This document shows, one piece after another, positions 53,590-64,000 of a DNA stretch of 64,000 nucleotides. The stretch is taken from the NCBI RefSeq assembly GCF_000143415.4, contig NW_003314287.1:1874951-1938950 (forward strand), in the 5' to 3' direction. The translations under genes were made by a program, and so were the position numbers. Below the pieces are notes generated by a model. That model saw nothing but the letters and a program-made list of their open reading frames with translations, had not been told where the DNA came from and searched no databases. The first letter of the stretch is position 1; the number at the start of each line of letters is the position of its first letter. The DNA is from Selaginella moellendorffii. Taxonomy: Eukaryota; Plantae; Lycopodiophyta.

Positions 53590-56500
53590 TTGTATCACAT
53601 ATGATTTTCACCCTTGATCCTATGGTGATTTATTATAAGATAACTATAAAAAAAAATCTATCCCAAAGCCCTAACCACTAAATGAAGGAACGGAGTTAAA
53701 CTCTTAATTATACAACTAAGGGATGAAGGAATTAAAGTATGAAATAACTCTTGAGTGTATAACTTAAGGAACGGTTGGTCGACGAAAAACCCTGCTGCCT
53801 GGTGCAAAAGCACAGAAATATAAAGTGATATTAAAATAGTCCTAATGCATCCACCATCCCAATGCTAGGACTAACATGCAAAACAAAAGTTTAATATTAT
53901 TTCAGCATATTGGTGGTATAATGCGAAGATATAAATACTCCACCACCCATCTATATGAAAGCACACTTTGGGCTTTTACTCTAATCCTAGGAACAAAAAC
54001 TTACTATATATGAAATAAGATTAAATTACAAATCTGGATATGGGAATAATACTATTATGTTCATGATAATTTCTACATTCTACAAATATAACTTACTTGC
54101 TAATTTAGACACTTTCGAACGAAACTAACATATGGGAAATAATAGGCTGTCTTAGTAGATATAGTAAGCTATTCTGTAAAGAATATTGAGAGACCACGCT
54201 CAATATCATAAAGGTTTCCAACACTAGCAAGTGCAAACCAATATATAAATTTTTTATACTAGGCTAAGTATATTCAACAAGTAACATATAGGAGTTCCTA
54301 CCTTATGTTTATTTGGCATAAGTACATACATGAGGACTAATTTCTCCACTAGCTTGGGCAGAGATTGAATAAAGATCTAACAACATTGATCTTTTACCGT
54401 TGTGGTAGTTAAAAAGAATATCCAAAAAGACTTATTGATATATAAATTTCGATACCCACAATCACATTTACAACATCATTATAACAATTGTCAAGACTAT
54501 AGGCTAAGAACACAAATCTAAGATGCAAGATAAGAGAAAGCTAGCAAGAGAACACTAAGAGATCAGCCCATGACTAGTGTTGATTCAATTCAAGAGTTTG
54601 TGTGAAATTTTTATAGTAAGCTACCATCTATAAATATAGTGTATGCTATTTCTAGCTAGCACACTTACAAATGACTAAGTCCAGAATATATGTTTAGGCT
54701 ATCATGAGTGTAGCTTATTTCCTAAGCCTAACATGCCACTTGAGTCTAGTTTGCCTTTTGAGCCTGGCTTGTTGTCAAGTTGATATTCACTAAGTAGAAA
54801 GATTAGACTCAAATTCAAGTCACACTCTTGCTTTATCTACTCAGAAGCTTAATTGCAAGAAATTGCAAGAAAAACATATCAAATTGAATGTAGTAGTCAC
54901 CTTTCACATCAACAGTGAAAAATGACATTGGAAACTTGACCATAAAGCACCTAAATTCTGCATAGTTGTGCAAATTAGATCTCCAATGCACCCTTGCCAC
55001 TTTCCCTAGTTACAAATGAAAAATTATCAATAGGCCACACAATCTTCACCCCAATTGCCACCAAGTAGAGATCCAAAACCTCCACTAAAACTTTCCAATG
55101 GCTCATTCTTGTATGCCACCTCTAACACTTTAACACTACATATATTGTCTATGCAAGCTACAACCTAGAGAAGAAGCAAGTGAGATGGTCTAAAGGTGAG
55201 ACACTCTAACACCTATTATTTAATAGAGGCACCCAATGCCTAGGATCTAGATGATGTGAAAGATGATGAAGAACTTTAGTGTTGTTGGAGACTATTGATA
55301 AATCCTTATAAGCCAAAACCAATGTACTCTAGCCTTCAACTCAAGTTGCAACTATATATCCAAATGTCATTCACCATCCAAGAAATGATCTTGACTACCT
55401 TCTAAATCTTGCTTAGGAGTTTGGCTCCAAGAAAGTGGGGATTACTTGCATATTATAGTTTATGGTTGCCTTATGGTTTCAATCAAAGAGGAGATCTTTT
55501 ATCAATTATGGGTCTTTGAGACTGTCAAAGACTTGGAGTTGTAGAATTTACTCATTGCAGTTGAGGTCTGAGCAATGAAATGTTGTAGGGAGCAATTGTT
55601 TGCTTCAAGTATTAAAGAGAGATCTAATAAAATCTCATTTTTAAAGACTTGGTGCACACCTTGTAGAAGACCCTCACCACAATATCTAGAGAAGATTAAT
55701 CAAAAGTGAGCTTCATCATGGGAAAATTGTCAAGAATGGTTGATTGGCATTTGTAATTGGCTCTCCTTGACAATATTCTTCTCTTAGGAGACTTAAGCCC
55801 AATTCACAAGATCATTACATATTGGTTCAAGTATCAAAATTTACATACAGGTTATCCAAATGGTTGGAATGAAATAAGGTTCATAGGGATTCACAAAGGT
55901 GGTTTAAAGTTGAGTTGAGTTTACAAGTTAATACTAAACAATATAATTAACCATAAGACTTATAAAGAAAAAACATGTTAGAAAAATATTAGTTCTTAAT
56001 GAACTTGAAATTCATGAATTTAGTTTTTTACTAGTTCAGAAAAAATTATATTTTCTAATACTATGTATGGAGAAAACACTTTTTCTAATACCATCCATAT
56101 GATAGAACTCAATTTGTACTATTTATGTAGTTTAAAGTTCATTTGAACATACTTTGCTATTTTTTGCATTTACAATATTCTAATTATCTTCTTTTAAATA
56201 TATTGTAAAGATAGTGGGTAGGAATGATTGATCAACTTTAGATATTGTTTGGCATGTTTATAATTGTTTTGGGTTCGATTTAAATTTTAGCCCAAACTCT
56301 ATACCATATTAGCACCCATATCTTTGCATTAGACCATCAGTATGGTAAAGTAGCACTAAATTTCATTTAACTCCATTTTGCATGCTAATATTAGTATTAG
56401 GATGTTGGATGCTCTAAAATTATTTTAATGTCACTCTATACTCTTATCTTTTTACTCTTTAACTATACACTAAAAAATTGCTTCATGCTCTTATCCCTTC

Positions 56501-56775
56501 ATTACTTAGTTGTATATTTAAAAGTTTGGCTTCATCCCTTCATTCAATGGCTTAAAGCTTTGAAACTTGTGTCTTGATTTATTGCCATTGACACATATAT
56601 TCAAGGGTTAGATTTTGCTCTAGGACTTTGATGGAGGTTATGAAGAAGTCCAGGATCAAAAATCACATTTTGAGAAGGCGTGAGTATGTTGGTTGATGAG
56701 TGTCTAAGATTGCATAGTAAGTATATATAGTATTATATAATAAATCATTATAGGGTAAAGTATGAAAACTATATT
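53590..56775. mobile_element. Possible decayed foldback/long-TIR element: ~350-bp inverted arms around a Uma2-like relic
   Basis: 53590-53940 aligns to the reverse complement of ~56310-56775, which has a ~170-bp interruption. Example: aaagtgatattaaaatagtcctaatgcatccaccatcc versus revcomp agagtgacattaaaataattttagagcatccaacatcc. No TSD recognised. Confidence 0.45.
54785..55400 (-). pseudogene. Hypermutated third copy of the Uma2-like gene
   Basis: Collinear with 34650-35370 (e.g. gtagtagtcacc, tggaaactt, aatcttcacccc, atccaaaacctcc, gatgatgtgaaagatgatg). Upstream matches continue at ~55700 and 55850-55900. Confidence 0.85.
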
Positions 56776-56779
56776 CTAA

Positions 56780-59120
56780 GATACATTTGCTTTATAGTAT
56801 ATATGGTTTTCACCTTTTACCCATGGTAAATCATCATGGGATAAAGGGTGAAAACCATATATATTACATTTAGCTATTTTATCTTTATTTATCCCTTAAA
56901 ATTTAAATTTCATCCCATAATCATATGTGTTATATTCACCCCCTAAGAGATATCACTATCCACCACTATTTCCACACTGAATCAATCTTTCTACTGTATA
57001 GATTAATTATTTTATATAAGGCAACTAATCATCCACCCCTTAGAGTGAAACTTATGTCATTAGCTCTAATACTATATATAGCACACTTTATCTCTCTCTC
57101 TCTAAACCAACAAGGAAAAGAATAATTTCTTGCTTTAATAACTATTTTATCCCTTTTTATCGCTTAAGGTTTTAAGGATTGAAGGTGACAATATATTTAA
57201 ATCTCATTCCATGATCACATGTGGTATAGCAAGTAGGCTATCAAATATTGGAGTTAATATTCCTTTGAGGCATAGAAGGAGAAGATAGAGTCTATATGAG
57301 GTATGTCTATTAGGTTTAATGCATGCTATAAAGTAAATTTAAAAGACTTTGGTATTTATATAGTCTTTTAAGATATTATATAAATGAATGAAAAGGAAAT
57401 TGATTCTATTTGCCCAAAAATTGGCAACTATAATTGAAAAGGTGGTTTATGACACATCTATGGAGTACACTCCCTAGGCTTCTATTGATGACATGAAAAA
57501 TTGTTTGCTCAAAATATTGTATTTTCTTTGCTAGTGATAATATTCATATAGACCTTAGAGCCAAAAACTTCCACATATTTAATATGTTACATACTATTCT
57601 ACTTTAACATACTGGACCAAAATAAGCCACCTTAGTGTCTTATGCAAAAAACATATTACAATGTATTAAAATCACTTACTATAATGTAAAGCCAAGGCAA
57701 TAGGCAATCTATTAAGTGCCTAGGCTTAGATTTGTGGTGACAAATTTTCTTGTAGTCAAACTCTATATTTCCATGGGGAATGCAAGCAAGCAAAATTTTT
57801 AAGATGGTATTTTCTGTATTATTGCAATATAAATATCAATTATACAAAGTAGGTTGAGAACACTATAGTGATGAAACTCGATACAATACTTAAAGAATAG
57901 TCAATTATTAATGGGGTCAAGATGAATTGAAAAACTAGAGGAGAAGAGTTAAAGATAGGAGCCACAAAGATGTACATAAGGCTCAAGAAAAGGTAAAGTA
58001 GTTAAATTTGTTAGTTCCAACTTCAAGTAGAACTAGAAATTTTTTGGTTCTGATCTTCAAGTAAAACTAGGGTAATATAAGCTCAGCTCAAACCTTAAGT
58101 ATGAGGATATAGAACATCACTATATTTATGAAGGAGTGCACTAATATAACAAAAAGTAAAGAGTTTATAATTGCAATTTAAAGCATTCTCTTTGCACATG
58201 TCTAGACTTTATGAACTTAAGGAATATAGGAAAGTATATGCTCCTTGTAAACACATATATTACATCTTCATAAACACCTTGCACTAAACTCCTAAAATAT
58301 ATACACCAAGCAAGCTTTATTATTTATAGGTTGTAGAAGACTTTTGGAGCTAATTAAATTTGTTAAGACTATTAATATTTATTCATATAAACATTTATAC
58401 TTTATATAGATATTTATTTCATTTTTTCTGCTATTAAATCTTGTTTAATTTTAAGTTCTAACGGACCCACTTATAACAATATATAGTACATGTATTAATC
58501 TTTGGCAAATAGTTTTCACTAAAAGTTTCTTATTTATATAAACTGTAAACAATTATTAAAGCATGACAAGTTTACCATGAATCTTAATTTTTTTTAAATT
58601 AAATTTTTTTGTTGAAAACTAAACTTGAAAATTGAGCTTAGATATATTTGTTTTAATACTAAATATAGTATATGTGGTTTTCACCTTTTACCCTATGGTA
58701 AATCATCATAGAATAAAGGGTGAAAACTATAAATGTTACATTTGGCTATTTTATCCTCATTTATCCCTTAAAATTCAAATTTTATCCCATGATTATATAT
58801 TTTATATTCACCCCCTGAGAGATATCATTGTCCACCACTATTTCCACATTGATTATACCAATATTTCTATTATATAGATTAATTATTCTATATAACGCAA
58901 CCCATAGTATAATTTCATAGTGAAACTTATGTCATTAGCTATAATACTATATATACCACACTTTTATCTCTCTCCCTTTGAGCTAACTGATAAAAGAATA
59001 TTTAATAGCTATTTTATCCCATTTTATTTCTCAAGGTTTTAAAGATTTAATAATATATTCAAATTTCATCCCATGATCATATGTGCTATAGCAAGTAAGA
59101 TATCAAATATTAAAGTTGGC
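56780..59120. repeat. Two direct copies (~56780-57260 and ~58650-59120) of an AT-rich unit with a small hairpin and a decayed reverse copy of the TRIM LTR
   Basis: Both carry tggttttcaccttttac...catgg...taaagggtgaaaac and atattcaccccct, plus sequence matching the reverse of 39459-39620 at ~57075-57228 and ~58950-59090. Confidence 0.75.
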
Positions 59121-59474
59121 ATTCCATATTAGTCAACATGTGCTCAACCTATGCTCCACTATGCCAACCATAGGTCCCCTGGGTGCAGATCTACATGTAA
59201 TTCTTGTAGGAAAACATTAGGCCAAGGACATCTATGAATTTTTATAAATCCTTAGTCGTTGATGCCTTGCTCATGAGCACACTGCAGCTGAGTTGGAAGT
59301 GAAACAAGGATGACAACACTTCTCACTGTGACGGCTATGTGAAGATCATGCTGAGGTTTCAACCCAAGAGGCATCACAAGGGGCAACAGGCAGATCAGTG
59401 AAAAAAATGGCTCATGAGATCAGCAAAACAGCTTACTATAATCTGTCGGTCTTGGTGGGCACTGCAAGACCCTG

Positions 59475-60260
59475 TAAGATGCTCCTGCTTGAGGAAGACC
59501 ATAACTGATAAGCACAGAGACTGGAGCAACATAAGCCGTAGAAGCCAGAGTCACTTCTTGTGACACTCCCGTTGCAGCAACCAAACCATCCACTGCATGC
59601 TTGAACAGAAATGGAACTGTACTTTCAGAACCTGCACATACGCATACAAGCAAAAGAAGATGAGAGCTATCTATCCATCTATATTCTGTTTTGGCAGTTT
59701 GGCGGTGCCCAACAAGAAGCATGAGACTGCAAGCAAGTTTGCAAGTTTGTTGTGGAGGTCTTCTCACTCCCTCCATTCCACGCTCACGGTTACATAGGAA
59801 GAACGAAAAATGATACTACCAATTAAAAGAGCCAGCGAGACAACGACTCTCCTGCGAAACTAGTAAAACAGCAGCTCTTCGAAAGTTGTAGACTTTACCT
59901 TGCTCTTGGTCTTCCTAGCTCTTCTTGGTTTCAGTGGACTGGGAGTTCTTGGCCTCTCTTTGTTCCATAGCTTCTCTTTGCAATAATCTTGGTTAATTCT
60001 TTCGCTCCTTGTCCCTTTTTGCTCTGTCATGCTCCTTGCTAAGTCGGATGTGAAGAGTGTATCTTGTGGCGTGGGTAGACAAGGTTTGATACAGCCTGAG
60101 ATTTGGATCGAGGGACTCCCAGGTCATCCTTTTAGGAAAGATAGAGAAACAAGAGCGTACAAAGTGGCACACCAGATGTGACGATCTAGAAGGCAATCCA
60201 GAGAATAATCCACCATGAGCATCAGAATGCCGGTTCATATGCTGAAAGCTTTGCACCTTC
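59475..60260 (-). pseudogene. ATM-type ABC transporter 5' fragments interrupted by unrelated sequence
   Basis: [26 protein letters not shown] and [19 protein letters not shown] match the early exons of the intact gene. Confidence 0.85.
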
Positions 60261-60391
60261 TGTGATCGATTCTGCACGAGTTGGATTGATGGAAACCCGA
60301 TCGCAGGCGAGCGCCATTGCACCCATCGGTCTGCCAACGTGGAAATACGTGGCGCGCGACTAGCAACGTGGAAGCTTTGCTGGCGGCCAGA

Positions 60392-61372
60392 TCAACCGTC
60401 CATGGAGAATACACACTTGATGCAAGAACCGGACGAGAGAAGCTTCACTCCTTCGTTTACTTCTGAGAATGGTAGCCTGTGAGTGATGTATCCGTCGAGA
60501 TTGATTTCCTGGACGATCCACGAAAACTTAGAATTCTTCCAGCTTGATCAATCTAAACAAACCTTTGTGGAGCACATATCCACGAGCTTCTGCATGTCGG
60601 ATTTGCCCCTGAATCCACCAAAGTATCCCGACTTGAGTTGGTGACCCGAGAGGAGAATCGCGGCTGGGAATGTCACCATCTCATCAGGCCTGGGAGCTCC
60701 AACCATGACCGTTGTTCCATACTAAACAATCCAGTTAGCAAGCACACTGCTGGAAACTAGCAGAGCTTTTCACTCACGCTTGTGGTGCTAAGCAAAGCTT
60801 GTACCAACAGATGAGGCTTGCCGACGCATTCAAAGCGGTAGTCGACTCCTCCATTCGTGAGCTCGAGAAGCACCTGAGAGAGAGTGAGAGAAACATGGGT
60901 GATAAAGACGAGAGTTAGAACACACAACCTCATGAAGCGGCGCTTCGTGGTCCTGTGGATTTCGGTCGCACCAAATGCTCTGGCTGCGCAGAAAAAACGC
61001 TTAGCACTTACGGGTCTTTGACGAGTAAAACACCAGCTGACCAGCTTCGAATTTTCGAGGTAAGATATCGATCCCAGTTATCCGAGTTGCACCGGCGATT
61101 CGAGCGCCCTCGACAGCCTGAAAACAAATGGTTTCGCTTCCAGAACTTTAGGAAAAGCTATAGAGTACGTACTGCTAGCCCGACGGTTCCCAGTCCAATT
61201 ACAGCAACCGTGGAGCCGGCTTCGACGCTTGCCAAGTTTAATGCGGATCCCAAGCCTGGAAACAACGATATCAGAGAAGGAATGCGCAAACAAGGAGGAA
61301 CGTACCGGTCAGCCCAGAAGACAAGCTTTCTCCAGTGGAACCGGATCAACTTTGACAACCGAGGTCTTGTCC
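60392..61372 (-). pseudogene. ADH pseudogene, 3' half only
   Basis: Near-identical to 32550-33560 with small frameshifting deletions; the 5' exons and promoter are deleted. Confidence 0.9.
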
Positions 61373-61523
61373 AGCAGGACTCCAATACTCTTAGATAATG
61401 ATAAGCTCCTTTTCCTAGTTAGATCTGTTTGGTTTGTTCTTCATTTTCTCATGGTATCCCCGATAACTGCTAAGAGTTTTTTTTTGCCTGAATAAAAGCT
61501 CGATCTTTTTTTGGATTGAAATT

Positions 61524-62296
61524 CTATGGCTCGCAAAGATTTACAGCAGAAAGACTTCGAGACTCAAGCTCAAGTGCTCCACGCTCTTGCTCTATCTGCT
61601 CAGAAGCTTGACGCTCTTGCTCGATCATACGAAATATATACTGCTGCAGCCAAAACAGATCAAACTCAACGTAGTAGTCACCCTTCACATGAGCAGTGAA
61701 AGACGACACTGGAAACTTCACCACAAAGCGCTCTCGGTTCTGCTCATTGCAAAACTCGGGACCAAACTGGATCTCCATGGCATCCTTCCCGCTCTCCCTG
61801 GCTACAAACGTAAACTCGTCACCAGGCCGCGCAATCTTCACCCCGATCGCCACCAAGCAGCCCGACTCCACCCACAGATCCAAAACCTCCCTTAAAACTT
61901 CCAGTGGCTCGTTCTTGTATCCAACACCGCCCGCGCTGGCTGCGCGAGCGACGACCCGGAGAAGAAGCAAGCGTCCGGCTCCTTGTTGCCGCTGATGGTC
62001 TGGAGGCGAGACGCTCCAGCGCCCGTGATCGCTTTTGTAAGAGAGGCTAGCCCAATGCCCGGGATCTGGATGATGTGAAAAATGATGGAGGGCTCTAGCG
62101 CAGATGACACGGTGCTGTGGACTATTGACGGATCCCCATAGGCCAAAACCTCACCCCTCCTGTACTCTAGCCTCCAACTCGAGTCGCAGGCGTCGTACAC
62201 ACCCCATGGGACGTTTGTGGCCACGACAAATGGCCCCGGCTGCCCTCTGCTGTAGGCGTCAACCGCTTGCTTCAATCCGGCTTCCAAAGCGTCCAT
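61524..62296 (-). pseudogene. Second Uma2-like copy, frameshifted
   Basis: Near-identical to 34637-35416 except for a 7-nt deletion (ggccacc) at ~61919 within VLEVAY. Confidence 0.88.
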
Positions 62297-63213
62297 GAAA
62301 TTGCTTGCCCTAAAACTCCCTAAATATCCAGTAAGATCTCATGTCCTTTTTCTCCTCACTGCAAGATTGATCAAAAGTGAGTTTCATCATGGGTAAAAAT
62401 GTGGATCCGGGGGAGTTCTCGAAATGGCCCAAGGACGGTTAACTGGTGCTGATCATCACGCGCTGAACAGATCTGCGGACAGGTTATCCAAATGGTTGGG
62501 ATGGAACAAGGTTCACAGGCGTTCATAAGGTGTGGGACGTCAACTTGATGAGCAAAAAAGGTGTCATGACCTTAGTTAATTGTGGCAGTGCCGGACCTTT
62601 TGCACTGATTATTCCACACATCGCTACTGGAGCAGTAGCGCTTCTGGGAACGACCTCGGGCCATCATAAAAACCACATGTAGTGAGTCTATGAGCAAGCT
62701 CTCTAAAGACTTGCTTCTCTGGCACGTCACTGATACAAACAAAAGCGGGACATGCTGTTCATGTGGAGGTCACTTGGAGCATGAGATTACATAACCGAGT
62801 CTTGTCAAAGTTCCACACATTCCTTCTCTAGGGACTTGCTGGAGGACTCAGAGTTTTACATTAGACCTCTTTGAACTTGCATCCAGAAGTGGAGACTTGA
62901 GGTCTACACAGCTGCTGATCAAGCTTACAGAAGAGATGTTGTTATGCTGCTACCCGGATTGTGACATTGTAGTTTCATGTTAGAGTAAGCTACTAGTACC
63001 CTTGGTATCGCTATTGAGATTGCAACAAGAATCAAAGCTAACCAATCATGTTGCTAGATCTAGCCTCAAAAGGATGTTCAAGGCTTTGGAAGAAAGAAAA
63101 GAGAGAGAAAGACAAGAATTTCAATATATGTATTGATTTCGTGTTGTAGTTTAACATTAGAAAGGCATTGTCAATTGCTATGACAACTAATTACAAAAAC
63201 ATTAGTTGACCTT

Positions 63214-64000
63214 TGTAGAACTGAGGGAATATTCCATTTGCCGCCACGTCAGTATTAGGGTCACGACCATTGGGGACACTTAAAGGGGAAAAAACAGGGG
63301 ATCAAATATATGTGAGGAAGTAAAGGAAAAAAGGATGCCTCGACGAAGAGGTCCTCGGCGAAGCGCCCTCGATCGTGTGAACAAGCGACCGGATACGACC
63401 GGATACGACGAGAAGCAAGAGAACGTCAAGCCACTATGACACTGTGGGCAGCGGTTCTATTTTAGAGCAAACTCCTAGATATTCCCTGGGGTGTCTTCAC
63501 TGGTGCACTGCCCAAACCCATTCTTCAATAAACCTACAGAGTTCGAGCGAGGAGAGCCGAACCAAGTAGCGTCATTGAACAATTGGGACTAGACAGCAGC
63601 ACGATCGTTTAGTTAAAATCTTGCTGGATTCCGAGCGGGAGGAGCAAATCCGACGCCAGCAGGACGAGCGGGCAGCCCGCTACGCACGACGTCAGGCGCT
63701 TTCTACGCCACTTTCGTCTCCTCGCATAAGACCCTCGTCACCAAGCGAGGAGCCTTCTTCCCCACCAGATCTTGACGAGGAAGTTTGGGGCGAGTACCAA
63801 TCGTCCCCTCCTCCACCCATCTGAGTTTCTACTCCTCCAAGAATGAGTGGCGCTGGCGGATCCGGAGGTGCACCACCACCGCTGCCGCCGCCAATTCCTC
63901 CTCTGCCAGGACGGCATTTTACTTCTCGCCCATCGCGGGCAATGATGCGGACACACATTTCAATTCCTTTGAGACTGTTGGCATTGCCAACCAAGAAGCC
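63214..64000 (+). mobile_element. Probable LTR retrotransposon start (LTR ~63214-63538), running off the window
   Basis: Homology with 36265 breaks abruptly at TGTAG. CTACA at 63534-63538 is preceded by AATAAA. A GC-rich, Pro-rich gag-like region follows. Confidence 0.55.

Larger units (their letters stand above)
59475..63213 (+). repeat. Direct segmental duplication of ~31550-36260 (ATM 5' part, ADH, Uma2-like gene and upstream region) with deletions
   Basis: Long high-identity matches, e.g. 60325-61370 to 32485-33560 and 61373-63213 to 34500-36265. Confidence 0.92.

Noticed and set aside
57260-58600. Possible decayed transposase or gag in AT-rich DNA
   Set aside because: Too eroded to assign any motif by eye.
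59475-63213. Duplicated block as a mis-assembled second haplotype
   Set aside because: Multiple large deletions, foreign inserts and inactivation of every gene fit a decayed paralogous duplicate better; not fully excluded without reads.

Overview
Plant nuclear DNA. Short 50-120 bp introns, abundant intronless S/SS-rich PLS-class PPR genes and compact spacing suggest a lycophyte such as Selaginella (inference). The first 36 kb is gene-dense. In order it holds the 3' end of an AGC kinase, a 1368-aa PPR chimera, a probably GPI-anchored legume lectin, an F6'H/DMR6-like 2OG dioxygenase, a NET actin-binding protein, a class III peroxidase array (4 intact genes plus 3 relics) with two more PPRs, a disrupted clavaminate-synthase/TauD-like gene, a BAHD acyltransferase with HxxxE, a mitochondrial ATM3-type ABC transporter, a divergent alcohol dehydrogenase, and an intronless Uma2/PD-(D/E)xK nuclease-like gene. 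From 36 to 64 kb the sequence is repeat-rich: a nested stack of Ty3/gypsy elements with a solo LTR and a TRIM, an inverted duplication carrying a fifth intact peroxidase, an AT-rich hypermutated zone, a direct duplication of the ATM-ADH-Uma2 block, and the start of another LTR element. The most unusual signal is the Uma2-like gene. It looks microbial or fungal and occurs three times: intact, frameshifted exactly at its putative catalytic Glu, and as a hypermutated relic between long inverted repeats. A possible phenolic/barrier-metabolism enzyme cluster is the second lead. All calls come from reading motifs by eye; no searches were run.
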